NCBI GenBank assembly: GCA_951406725.2
Contig: OX597835.1
Span: forward strand, 4,588,001 to 4,652,000
Origin: Octopus vulgaris
Lineage: Eukaryota
Length of the DNA stretch: 64,000 bases
Reading direction: 5' to 3'
Positions 1 through 13,100 of this stretch are shown here, piece by piece. A model generated the notes under the pieces. The model saw nothing but the letters and a program-made list of their open reading frames with translations. It ran no database searches and was not told the origin of the DNA. Numbering within the stretch: the first letter of the stretch is position 1; each line of letters begins with the position of its first letter. The position numbers and the translations under genes are program-made.

Positions 1-121
1 GCGCTAATACATGATCTAAGTTATATGATGTATAAAAACATGTAATATACAAATAAATATCTGTAAATATAAAACCATCCGAATTTCTGAGTACCTCATT
101 TCTTCTAATATACATACATAC

Positions 122-213
<92 letters not shown>

Positions 214-389
214 CATACAAATTAAGGACTGAACACGAAAAGTGGACAGTCAACATGCTAGATATAGACGTCAAATCGCCATTCTCCACAAAGAGTATGT
301 TCTCAAATAAAACTCAGCACAAAACCAAAGCATTGAACAAGACAAATGAAAATATACGAGATAAAATAATTATATATATATATAAATAT

Positions 390-426
<37 letters not shown>

Positions 427-929
427 GTATGCATGTATGTATGTATGCGTGTATACAAAGGCTCAAATACAAAAACAAGGACAAGGAGAGAAAAACACTA
501 GCAAACAACCACCGCCACACTCATCATTTTCTAAACAGGTAAGCTGTGCCCTAAATATAACAGACAGATTAATGGCATCCCGAGCAGACTGGACTATAAA
601 TAATCCCCTCTACAAGGAGCTCTGCCAACCTGAGCCGGGGCTCGGTCGAATTGATTGTCCAATAATCATTTATTTACAGCGATACAAATAAAATGCTTTG
701 TACCCGGAAACACAGAAAAACAAACAAGCAAATTAGATCCTGTCTCTTTGTCTTCTTTTTTCTCCCTTCGGTTTGTTTGAGATCCCTTTAGCCGTGGGTT
801 TTGTTTTCCATTGGAGTGCAGGGTCTTCTATGCTTGGTGTTCAGCTTCCCTTTATACACGGTTCACATATTGATTTATATACATACATACATACATACAT
901 ACATACGTATATACATACATAGACATACA

Positions 930-963
<34 letters not shown>

Positions 964-1256
964 CATACATACATACATCCGTACATACATACATACATAC
1001 ATACATACATACATACACACATACATAATACATACATACATAATACATACATACATACATGCATACATACATGCATGCATACATACATACATACATAAAT
1101 ACATACATACATACATGTATGTATTTGAGAGTTCGTAAATGAAAGGTAATATGTCTGTCGACTTAACAGCCTGTCTCTCTCTCTCTTTCTCTCTTTCCCT
1201 CTCTCTCCTTCCTTCTCCCTCCCTCTCTGCATATATACATACATGTGTATGTGCGC

Positions 1257-1291
<35 letters not shown>

Positions 1292-1327
1292 CGCGCACAC
1301 AAGCATACACACATATATATATATATT

Positions 1328-1388
<61 letters not shown>

Positions 1389-2181
1389 ACATATATATAT
1401 ATGTATGTATATATATATATATGTGTATATATATATATCCTGTCATATATGCATGTCTGGGTGTATAATGTACGTACGTATGTATGCATGTATGTATGTA
1501 CTTACGTACGTTCCTATGCATGTTTCTATGTATGTACGTATGTATGAATGTATGTATGCATGCATGTATGTATGTATGTATGTATGTATGCATGTATGTA
1601 TGTATGTATGTATGTATGTATGTATGCATGTATTATGTATGTACGTATGTATGTACGTATGCACGTATGTATGTATGTATGTGTGTATGCATGTAGGTAT
1701 GTGTATGTATATCCTTCATACATCCGACTAGAGTAATCGGTGGTTTGTAATTAATGTCATGTGACCTCATTTGAATGGCCCAACACAAACTGAATAATTT
1801 AACAAGGATACAAGTCCCTGCAGCTCTGTTAATCATGTATGCAAGTCAGAGAGAGGCAGGACAGATCCGACCGACTTTTTAACAGCGACTGAGGCCGTCC
1901 ACATTGTGTTGAAGATTCGAGATCGGGAGAAGGAAAAGAAGAAGGAAGACGAAAAGAACTTTGTGATTTAACAGAACACACACACATACAGACACACATG
2001 CATACACACACTCATACACACACATACACACACACACACACACACGCACATATAGGCACACATGCATGCATGCATACATACATACAGACACATACACATG
2101 CACATACACGCACACACACTCACAAACACACATATACGCATATGTACATGCATACATACGTACATACATACATACACAAAT

Positions 2182-2242
<61 letters not shown>

Positions 2243-2929
2243 GACACACACATATACATATTTATGTATATATACATATACAGGATGTATGTGTGCTCGG
2301 GTATATGTGTGTGTGTGAGGTGTGTGCGTGCACCTGTGTGGTGTGTGTGTGTGTGTGCGTGTGTATGTGTGTGAAGCGTGTGTGTGTGTGTGTGTACGAG
2401 CCTCAGAGAAGAGATTAAAGATGGCAAGGCGAATAAAGCAAGAAGAAAAAGAACGAGGAAAAGGGTTAACACCAAAACCCTAACCACCATCAACAACAAC
2501 AAGAACAAGAACACCAAAACCCTAACAACAAGAACAACAACAACAGCAAAATCTTTAACAAACACACACAGGAGTTAGAAGCGGAATAAGAGCAGCGGTG
2601 TCTGGCTGAGGGTTTATGTCTGGAGAAGACAGATACAAAATAGGTCTCCGCTTTAGTTTCCACAATCGTCATCGTCATCGGATGGGGTTTGTGACAATGT
2701 TGACAATGGAAATGAGGTACGGCTCCGATTAGGGGTCGGTCGAGTGAAGCAGACACTCCGATATCAGTTACGGGGACACACAGACGGACAAACGTGACAA
2801 ACCGAGAAGCAAAGGGCCTTCTCTGTTTTGCTAGCTACACATCACCCCCTCTCCTTAGCTTTCCATCTCTCTCTCTGTCCCTCTTTCTCTCTCTTTCTCA
2901 CGCTCTCTCTCTTCCCTCCCCACATGCAT

Positions 2930-2991
<62 letters not shown>

Positions 2992-3000
2992 TTATATCTG

Positions 3001-3049
<49 letters not shown>

Positions 3050-3090
3050 ATGTATGTATGTATAAATGTGTGTGTGTATTAATATGTATG

Positions 3091-3131
<41 letters not shown>

Positions 3132-4055
3132 ATGTATGTATGTATGTATGTATAAGTGTGTGTGTATTAATATGTATGTAAATATATATATATATATATA
3201 TATATGCATTTATATATTTATTTATTTACGTGCGCGCCCACTCACACATGTACACACACACACACACCACCACCACCACCACCACCACCATCACTACCAC
3301 CACCACCACTACCACCACCACCACCACCACCACCACCACCACCACCACAACCACCACCACCACCACCACCACCACCACCACCACCACCACCACCACAACC
3401 ACCACCACCACCATAATCACCACACGTATGTTTCTTGTGTGTAGGACTTTGATGAAATAATTCTTATATCTCTTTTAGCTCGATACTAAATAAGAAATAA
3501 CGGACGTTATAACCCGTTTAGTGATTTGAAATATTCTCACATTCAGTCCCAACCTCTTCCAGATATTCAGGCAGGAAAACAAGCTTCCTTTTAGCAATTT
3601 TTATACAATACACCACAGTTTGCTTAGCTTGTCTTTATATATAAGTGTTTTTTTTTTTATATATATATATAAGAAGACACGTTAATCATGGCGATTGTTA
3701 ATTAACGGTTGGAGTGAGGCTAATATTTCTTAAATCGTTTTTCTTCGTTTATTTCTTGTTGCTCTTTGGTTGAATGTGAGCATTTGTCAATTGGAGATTA
3801 TTTTTTTTTAATTAGTAAGACTCATTTCTACTCGCGCGCACGAACACAGACACACACACATACTCACACACACACACACACATATATACACACACACACA
3901 CATACGCGGACATGGAAACATGCAAAAATATATTTATATATAATGTTCCATTTATTCTATGTATGTATGTGTCTGTGTGTGTGCATCCGTGTATACATAT
4001 ATGTGCATGTATGTATATATATATATATATACACACATATATATATATATATATA

Positions 4056-4106
<51 letters not shown>

Positions 4107-4366
4107 TCCACACAGACATATATCTAGGTGCATATACATGCATATAGGTGTCTGTGTATGTATGTATATAACACGTATATGTGTATACGTATGTATGCAT
4201 GCGTTTGAATGTGTAAATTGTATTCTCCCCTGCTTTTCTTTCTCCCTAATTGTCCCCTATTTTTGCAACAGGTGCAACTCATTACAAGAGTCACCGACAA
4301 CGACGCTTTTACAAACTGATCAATTTTAGGACGATTGCATGAGGCACCCTACAACACTTTATCAGC

Positions 4367-4443
<77 letters not shown>

Positions 4444-4586
4444 CAGCCTAACCTCTCCCATACATCGAATCCATGATATTCATTCCTTTCCACCCTGAGG
4501 AAGTTTATGTAAATTTCTTTTTGTTTTATTGCTTTTGGGTATGTGTTTTTATGTATACACTCATACGTACAAACATACATATACAC

Positions 4587-4630
<44 letters not shown>

Positions 4631-4825
4631 ATCGCCATGCTGGACCGCTGAACTCTACACGTTTCTTTTTCATTCTCTCTCTCTGCTTATTTCTTCTTAT
4701 TCCTTACTGTTGAAGAGCGTAGGCTCGAAACGTAAAACACTTTTTCATTTATCCCGAGCGTCAAACTAATACACTTGCTTGTTGTTCATACACCTGTCTT
4801 CGTCTTTTGTTTTTCTATAAATTTC

Positions 4826-4859
<34 letters not shown>

Positions 4860-4875
4860 ATTCTTCTTCTTCTTC

Positions 4876-4972
<97 letters not shown>

Positions 4973-6655
4973 AAGTATTAAGGGTAAAAATTATTATTAA
5001 AAAATAATTTATACAAAATTATACAAAAAATTATACAAATAATTTATACAAAACTAAATCAGAAACTATAATCCAGATCCATCAGCTAGATTATCTCAGA
5101 TTAACATTACACTAATCTATTCCCAATCACTTCCAGTTACAGATCAATAAAATTAAGAGGAACAACGCAATAAATCATCAATTATAAATGGACACAAATA
5201 TAAATTAACCGATGAGCAACACTTCACCAAAATTGGGGAACTTCCATAGCCATATTTCAACGTAATTATTCTAAATATGTTTTGGTCGTTTGAAGTCAAT
5301 TAACATTTTCGTATTTGAATTCAATTTACAACATTCAATTCTCGTGGCAGTCATTTTAAACTTACAGTGGCCAACAAAATAGCTCTCAGATTTCACGAAG
5401 AGTAAATATATAAATAACGACCGTAATTAAGAAACCAGAGATTCATAGAAGTACTGGGAACTTCGGCTAAAACAAAGGTTGCTGATAGAATAAAACCACA
5501 ACCAGCACCCGACAATGACATTAAAAAGTGGATAATCCCTTGAATGAAGTAATGAATATAACATTTGAACAACGATGTAAGAAACAGGAATAAAAAAACC
5601 ATGGATAGGTTTCGATACAATTCTTCATTCACATAAATATATTTTATTTCTTTCAAGTCTTGTAACAACTGCCATTATTCAACTCAATTTCCAAAATTAA
5701 ATTGCAACATCACACTTCGTCCATTAACATTCATTATCACCTACAGATGGCCAACAAATACTAATCAAAAGACATGAAGAGCAAATAATTCAGATTAATA
5801 CGAATAAATAAATAAATAAATAAATAAATGACCATTATGAGGAAACCATACATGGGTGGCGGGGTGAGGAATAAGGAGTTCAATTAAAGTAAAGATTTAA
5901 TAGCTGCGCTATCCAACTGTGAAATAAACAGTAGTCTACAATAAATTTAATGGAATAACAAATATAAAAGACCGTCTGAACGGCAACAAAGCTGAATAAC
6001 GAACGGCGAAAGACTTCAAGACAGTTCTTCATTGAGGTAAATATGCGTTCGTTAATTTCAGCTAATTAACATTTCCATAAATCATTTCAATTTACGAAAA
6101 TCAATTGCCTCATTACTCTTCCTTCATTACCATTCATTAACACAGACGAGGAACAAAGAACAAAAAACTTCTCAAATAACACGAAGAATAAATAATGTCG
6201 ATTACTAACAACCAAAACCTTCATTTATTACACGGCAAGAAGGAAATTCAAAGAAATTCAAACACCGCAGCCAGACCAGCCTCAGTATAAACACTGAAAT
6301 AGAAAGTGTCTAATAACTTCGATGATTATAAAATAACAATAAATGCGCCCCTTTTAAAGCCTAGCTTCTCTCATGGGCCCGGTTTCCCGGTTTCAATGGC
6401 GTATGTGTTCCCCAGCTGGACGGGACGCCAGTCCATCGCAGCGTTACTCATTTTTGCCAGCTGAGTGGACTGGAGCAACGTGAAATATTATGCACAATGT
6501 TGTATACAACAAGTTGTAATAGGCTAAAACGAATGCGGAGAGCAAAAGATATTTAAAAAGAAAAGACAATATTTTTGATATATTAAAAGAATTAGTTCCA
6601 ACCGCCTTTTCATTAATAACATTTATTATAACAATTATATCAATTGTTAAATAAT

Positions 6656-7170
6656 TACCGTAAATCCTCGAGTATAGTCCGCCCTTGAGTATAATATGCA
6701 GGGGATTTTTAGGGGGCTGTACCTCTGAAAAACCTAAACCTTGTGTATAATACGCACCCCTTCTCTAACTTGGGTCGAGGAGGTCTATTTAACGTCCTTG
6801 GTTTGTTAAAATGTATACGGTAACGTCCTTTATTATTATTGTATATATAACATAATGCAAACGTGTAGCTTTTTTGTGCATTTTGTTTGCAGAAGATAAA
6901 GAAATAACAGTAATAACGTTTAATAAATGTTGCTTACTGCAAGTTATGGATGATTCTTTTATGACTTCATTGCTTTCAGGCTTAGCTTAAGGTATTTTCG
7001 CGCCCGACATCACAAAATGCGTCTGAATAAACATTGCCGGACAGCAAATAGAGACTCGGACATTCTTAGAAAATATTTTTCATTTTTAACCTCGTATATA
7101 GTACGCACTAGGGGTTTTGACCTTTAAATTTTTTGGGGGGTGGGGGGATGCGGATTATGCATTTACAGTA
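6656..7170. mobile_element. Non-autonomous DNA transposon/MITE, possibly pogo/Tigger-like
   Basis: Starts taccgtaaatcctcgagtatagtccgc and ends gcggattatgcatttacagta (imperfect terminal inversion, TA flanks), with internal repeated gtataatacgca-like subterminal motifs. Confidence 0.45.
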
Positions 7171-7627
7171 TATAATAGTAAAAATAAGACGGCTGAATCA
7201 TCAACAGGTCGGAATAAACGATTAACGGTATCTTTCAGGGTCTTTTTGTTCCGAGTTCAAATCTCACCGAAGTCAACTTTGCATTTTCTCCCTTCGGGGC
7301 CAGTAAAATAAAGTATCAGTCAAGTACTGGGTACGACGTAATCGATTTGTCTCCTCCACTCAAAATTGATGGCCTTCAACCCTGCAACGGACCTGCGTCC
7401 TGTTGAGGAGAATGTTACGATCTCAGTCATTCATACAGTAGAGAAACCGGGTAACAGGCCACATGAGTCCTAGGGCTGAAGAAAAAATGACAATAATAGA
7501 TGTGACTTGCTGAAACGGCCGTAGGAAATGAATGTGTATATCATACAACCTCATATATAAAATGCTTAATGGTAAACCCATTTTAATAATCGAGAACACT
7601 TTTGGTGGGAATCCTGGCTACAAAATA

Positions 7628-7658
<31 letters not shown>

Positions 7659-7909
7659 GGGTGGACAGATGGGCTGTAAAGCTATTATTATCAACATTTT
7701 CCCCCGAAATATTCAGATAATAAACACATTATTACAACAATTAAAGACAGCCATGCCTCAGAAAACATTCATTACTTTTATGCATTTCTTTCTTTTCCAT
7801 CTCTCCTCTCTTTTCTTCCTCTTTCTTCTCCTTCCCTCCTGCTTTTAATTCATTCTTTCTTCACTTTTCTATCTTTCTTTTTGCCTTCCTTTTTCTTTCT
7901 TTCTCAATA

Positions 7910-8481
7910 TATTGGATTGTCCGGAAAGTTTGTGCCGATTTATAGTAGCTTACCTTTCGACTTATTTTAGAACATGGTTGAGTCCATAAAATAGGATTTG
8001 ACTACACCTCCATTTAGAGAGCAGTTTAAGCTATCTTTTAGTGTAAGGACATTTATGTTCCTATAACCTGTGTTAATTCTGTAAACCTTTAAAATGGAAG
8101 ATAAGAAAGTTCATTTTTGGCATTTGATGCTTTGGGAACCAGACAAAAATTGCTGCAGCTCGGCTGGGATGTGTTACTCCACCCTCCATATTCACCAGAT
8201 ATTGCTCCTCCAGATTTCCACTTCTTCAGGTCTCTGAAGAATAGCCTTAATGGTAAAAATTTCAATTCCTTGGATGACGTAAAAAGATATCTTGATGAAT
8301 TCTTTGCCATGAAACCACCTCAATTCTGGGAAGAGGGTATTTTCAAGTTAAAGGAAAGATGGAGACGCATTGAGCAACAAAATGGTTCATATTTGGTTGA
8401 TTAAAAACATAATAGCAAGTATTTCTTGACCTTTTTCTTTCCTTTAAAAATTGGCACAAACTTTCCGGACAACCCCCAATA
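7910..8481 (+). mobile_element. Internally deleted mariner (Tc1/mariner, D,D34D type) element
   Basis: TIRs ttggattgtccggaaagtttgtgccgattt / aaattggcacaaactttccggacaacccccaa with TA flanks. The N-terminal MEDKKVHFWHLMLW (ATG 8094) is fused directly to the transposase C-terminus HPPYSPDIAPPDFHFFRSLKNSLNGKNF...FWEEGIFKLKERW (YSPDLAP motif). Confidence 0.9.
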
Positions 8482-9397
8482 TATCTTTCCTCCTCGTTGT
8501 TTCTCTCTTTGCACTTTCTCTTTCTTCTTTTTCCTTTTTTTATTAACCTTTCTTCTTTCCTACTTAGTTCCTATTTTCTTCTTTTTTTCCTTCTTTCTTT
8601 TCTTTTTTTCCTCTTCATCCACAATCCCCACCTCCTCACCCCCACCCCCCACACACACACATATCTTCCTTCTTCTCTTATTGTTTTCCTACTTGTGGCC
8701 ATGTTTTGGAACATGTTCTTCTGGCTATCAATTTTCATTTATTCTCTAATCTTCCGTTCCTTGTTTCTTCGCCTGGTGATACGTCCTTCCTCGACTGTTG
8801 AAAGTCATAACATAACACCATTTGTTTAGACGTGTTTATACACTTAAATCACAGCAACGACTCAACCAATTTAGAAATAAAAACACCGAACCCCGCATTT
8901 GCTATTGGATAGGTTTTCACACTTATTATTATTATTATTATTATTATATTATATTTTATATGTTAGCTTTTCATGCTAAGTTGTTGTTCTTCTTTTCTAT
9001 GATATTTTATTATATTTTATTTTATTTGTTGCTTCCGTGAATACAAAAAAAGATAACAAAAAAAACCCAGAAAGAAATAAACACCAAAAACCGTTTAAAC
9101 ACAATTTGCTGGAACATGTATTAAAGACGAAATTGTTTTTAAAAACAAACGGTCCTAGGAGAACTGATATACGTTGTGTTATTGGGAAACTAACGCCAAA
9201 CAATCTAATGACGATGAAGGCAACTCCATTTACACGTCTTTATAAGAGATCAGGCCACAGAGAACGGCTTCTTGAAATACAATAAAGAGCCTTTATGTTT
9301 TATATGGGGGAAAGACATGTGTTTGTGTCTTAATTGGAAGAGAGATTTATCTCCCTGATTTAATATCTATGAAGATATATCGGTATTCCGCAAGGCA

Positions 9398-9494
<97 letters not shown>

Positions 9495-9779
9495 GTTTGT
9501 CTGTATATCATTATTCAGTTTATTTCAAGATTTCTTGACAATAGAGAAAGAACCTGTTTCTAACCTAGATCCAATGTTCCTTTATTGGAATTTCAACATC
9601 AACAACTGGGTATTTTTGTATGTATGTAAGTATGTATGTATGTATGTATGTATGTATGTATGTATGTATGTATGTATGTATGTACGCATGCATGTATGTA
9701 TGTATGTATGTATGTATGTATGTATGTATGTATGTATGTGCAGATTTGTATGTTTTATGTATGTATTCTCATGCATATA

Positions 9780-11184
9780 GTTGCATATTTAGACATGCTT
9801 ATATATATTTAAATGATAAACTTCTGGAATGTTTTACAGATTTTTGCAGTTCCAGTGATGGATTGGTTCTGCACCTTCGAATTAGCTTTCTCCTTTCTGG
9901 TTTTCAGAAGCCTAATTTCTCAAGATCGGTATTTAGGCAATGTGTTATGTATCCAAGGGCCCCAATAATTACAGGTATAAACCTTAACTCGTAATCTGGA
10001 TAGAGTATCTGTAGATTACTCAATAGTTCAGCATAGGTGTTCTATTTCTCACTGATCTTCAGATTTATGTTAACATCCACAGGGTAGCTAATTTCTACAA
10101 CTGTACACAGTTTCTCTTCTCTGTCCCAAATCCTTATATTAGGTCTGTTGTGCCAACATTCCTTTTCATTATCGTGATATGGGTTTTTATCTCTTTGTCC
10201 TCGGGATTATCCTTCCGACGGATTTCATTATAGAGTGTCCTAGTTACAACGTCATCTCTCATCAGTAGATAATACCGTGATGACATTTTCGGACAACTGC
10301 TTCTGATGTGGGTGATATCTTGAGTGTTAACTCCACAAAGTCTGCATCGGTTGTCACATTTTATGGCTTTTCCTGCATCTCTGTCCCTTTTGTGCATATT
10401 TCCTGTTCCTGGATTGCAAACGCATACCCTTCAAAGTGGGAGGTAATAATCCGGCTATTCGTCCATGATAAACTGCTTTGATGATCGATGTTACTATCAT
10501 CACGGAGCTTTCTGCTAATATATCCATGCATAGTCTTTTGCTCATACAGGCTCATCTTTTCATCTGATGATAGAGTTGCGCGACTTCTTTGGGCATGTAG
10601 TCTAGGTTATCACACAAAGAGTGTTGCTCAAGGAGCTGCCTTTCAAATCTTATGATGTTATCAGCCTCATGTATGCAAACTTAGTCAAGATGCACTTCGA
10701 CACTTGGTAGTTAAAAGATGTTGCTGAAGAGATATGGTGCAACATTCAAAGGCATTTTAGATCGATGTTAAAACTCTGCCTTTTTTTACGTTTTAGGTAG
10801 AGGCGGTCTACGTCACTGTTTATGTAGAAATTATGTATGTTTGTTAGTATTTTTCGAGTTTTCACATCAATGACTCGGATCTCATCATGCGTCTAATAAA
10901 GTAGCCCAAATGTTAATATGAGTACTGGCACTGCAAACACATTGTGGGCCATTGTTTTATTGAATGCAGAGTTCTGAGGTCCAAAATTTCTTTATTGGCT
11001 TGTAATGTTCTTTAGTGACACGTGTTTTGTTACAGGTGCCCATTGCAAGATATATTTTCATCCACCCCTAGATACCTGTAACATTCCTTGTCAGATACAG
11101 GAGAAACAGTCAAATCATTGACGGAGATGCTACTAGTCTGGTTTATAGTTTTACTCCTTTTCACAACCATACAACAACATTTAT
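9780..11184 (-). mobile_element. Degraded non-LTR retrotransposon with restriction-like endonuclease (R4/Dong-like), 3' part
   Basis: Frameshifted fragments YAFAIQEQEICTK and CRLCGVNTQDITHIRSSCPKM (CCHC knuckle), followed by REL-endonuclease-like sequence; continuous with the RT fragment at 11729 once the insertion is removed. Confidence 0.8.
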
Positions 11185-11424
11185 ACATTATTTACATTAT
11201 TTATATTTGACGGATATTTGTCCTCATATTGTTTGTTGTTAACACAACATTTCGGCTGATATACCCTCCAGTCTTCTTCAGGTGTCTTGGGGAAATTTTG
11301 AACCTGGGTTCTCATTCCTAAGTTATAATTTGATGTTGTTATTATTATTAAGGACACTGCTTGGGATCGAACTCGGAATCTTGGGGTTAGTATCCCGCGC
11401 TCTTAATCACTCCGCTATATGCCC
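11185..11424 (-). mobile_element. tRNA-headed SINE-like element with Penelope-type tail (left, inverted copy)
   Basis: Reverse complement of 11447-11700: tRNA-like head with A/B boxes, (aat)n linker, and a tail carrying CTGAAGA...GAAA hammerhead-like motif at about 11241-11287. Confidence 0.8.
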
Positions 11425-11446
11425 ATGGGCATATTCCTTTTCCGTA

Positions 11447-11728
11447 GGCATATGACGTAGTGGTTAAGAGCGCGGGCTACTAACCACAAGATTCCGAGTT
11501 CGATTCCAAGTAGTGTCCTTAATAATAATAATAATAATAACAACATCAAAAACTACCTTACGAATGAGAACCCTGGTTCAAAATTTCCCCAAGACATCTG
11601 ATGAAGGCTGGAGGGTATATCAGCCGAAACGTTGTGTTAACAAGAAACAAGATGAGGACAAATATCCGTCAATTGTAAATAATGCAAATAATATACATAA
11701 TTCCTCATCTCTTAAATTAGAACTGAAA
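11447..11728 (+). mobile_element. tRNA-headed SINE-like element with Penelope-type tail (right copy)
   Basis: A box tgacgtagtgg at 11453-11463, B box gttcgattcc at 11498-11507, (aat)n linker, hammerhead-containing tail. A headless third copy lies at about 57105-57270. Confidence 0.8.
11593..11638 (+). ncRNA. Minimal type I hammerhead ribozyme motif (Penelope-like)
   Basis: gacat-CTGATGA-a-ggctg(gagggtatat)cagcc-GAAAC-GTT-gtgtt: intact core, 5-bp stem II, palindromic AACGTT minimal stem III, and stem I gacat/gtgtt with G-U pairs. Confidence 0.7.
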
Positions 11729-11900
11729 AACATTTATCCAGACCAAACTCCAACCCTACATCCTTTGAGAATGTTGCAACTAGGCCAAGGCTCCTTTTCA
11801 TCTCTTGCATATTCTTTGCATAAAGTTTTAAGTCATCCTCAAAGAAATAGTGTGTAATTATGGTATTTCTGATTCTTTGTGAATCAGTGAGATATCTTTT
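11729..11900 (-). mobile_element. Same R4-like LINE, reverse transcriptase catalytic region
   Basis: ITHYFFEDDLKLYAKN...FSKDVGLEFGLDKC is an RT motif C (xxDD) segment; it rejoins the left fragment as GLDKCCCMVVK. Confidence 0.8.
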
Positions 11901-12014
11901 AGACTTCCTTGACATGAATGACATACAAACATACATGTATTATGTATGTATGTACGTACGTATGTATGTATGTATGTATGTATGTATGTATGTATGTATG
12001 TATGAATGTATGTT

Positions 12015-12045
<31 letters not shown>

Positions 12046-12142
12046 GCTCATACATATCGAAAGAGAGGGAGAGAGAGACAGACATGCAGACAACTAGCAG
12101 ACAGACATTAAGACAGACAGACAGAAAGACAGACAGACAGAG

Positions 12143-12520
12143 CACCGCCTTGAAAAGTTTTAGTCGAACAAATCGACCCCAGAATCAATTTTTTTAAGCA
12201 TAGTACTTATTCTATCGGTTCTTTTGTCGAACCGCTAATTTACGGGGACGTAAAGAAATTAATACCGGTTGTTACGCTGTGGTGGGGACAAACACCGACA
12301 CAAAGGCACACAGACAGACAGACAGACACACAGACACACAGATACACAGACACACACACACACTTCTTTTTCAGTTTCTGTCTACCAAATTCACTCACAA
12401 GGCTTTAGTCATCCCGAGACTGTAGCAGAAGACAATTGTCTAAGTGCTACGCAGTGGAACTGAACCCTGAACCACGTGGTAGGGAAGCAAGCTTCTTACC
12501 ACACAGTCACGCCTACGCCT
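12143..12520 (-). mobile_element. SINE family A
   Basis: Reverse-complement match to 18316-18722. Confidence 0.75.
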
Positions 12521-12639
12521 GTGTATATATAAATTCATTTTCATATGCCCTTGCCACTCGAAGTATACAAAATTCTCTCGCAGGGTCTCATTGAGTGCCA
12601 TGTGTAATTAGAACCTGTGTTTAATTCCATACCATAGAT

Positions 12640-13100
12640 TAACGATAGTGCCCAAGAATTTGGACACAACGACCTTCATCGGACATTACTGAAGTGAAGC
12701 ATAAGATTGCGATGCCTTACAAGATGAATGATGTCAGTGTTTTGTTAATGAGAGATCAGCAAAAATGTTAAACTCTCTGCAATTCGAGATTACTTCTCTC
12801 CTTTTGCTCATTAATAGAATTGGATAGTTTTAGATATTTTTCTCAGTGAAACCACTTTCGACTAATATTCAATGGAATGATTCTCTCCAAGATAAACAAT
12901 ACGATGTCGGTAAACACACTTTTGTCTTTATTTTGCCAGATATATGAATCGAGAGCGTGGAGTATTTTCTTTACTGCGGAATTGAAAAGAGTTCATGGAA
13001 CTCGCATGGCGTGTTTGTAAATATAACATTAAAAAAATTAACTAATTGATTCATTTCTGACAATTTGCATATGTGTTTCTGTCGCTTAGTTTAATTCAGA
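12640..13100 (-). mobile_element. Degraded Penelope-like element, GIY-YIG endonuclease C-terminus and 3' end
   Basis: Manual translation across frameshifts gives ...SFQFRSKEN / ALDSYIWQNKDKSV / LLMSKRREVISNCR, resembling the PLE motifs LSxYIWxLKD and LLNKRxExxSxCR. A degenerate CCGATGAagg hammerhead-like core follows at about 12675-12685. Confidence 0.5.

Noticed and set aside
460-545. Strong plus-strand donor CAG|GTAAGC at 539
   Set aside because: No acceptor, start codon or partner exon can be supported.
1879-2565. 228-aa ORF with a hydrophobic, transmembrane-looking N-terminus
   Set aside because: The hydrophobicity derives from (gtt)-rich low-complexity sequence and the ORF runs into (ca)n/(tg)n.
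16-4200. Numerous YIYI/MYVC/HTHT ORFs here and throughout the window
   Set aside because: Translations of (TA)n, (TATG)n and (CA)n microsatellites; no coding complexity.
11447-11518. tRNA-like sequence with an ACT anticodon loop
   Set aside because: The acceptor stem does not pair properly and it is fused to a repeat tail in two copies; it is a SINE head, not a tRNA gene.
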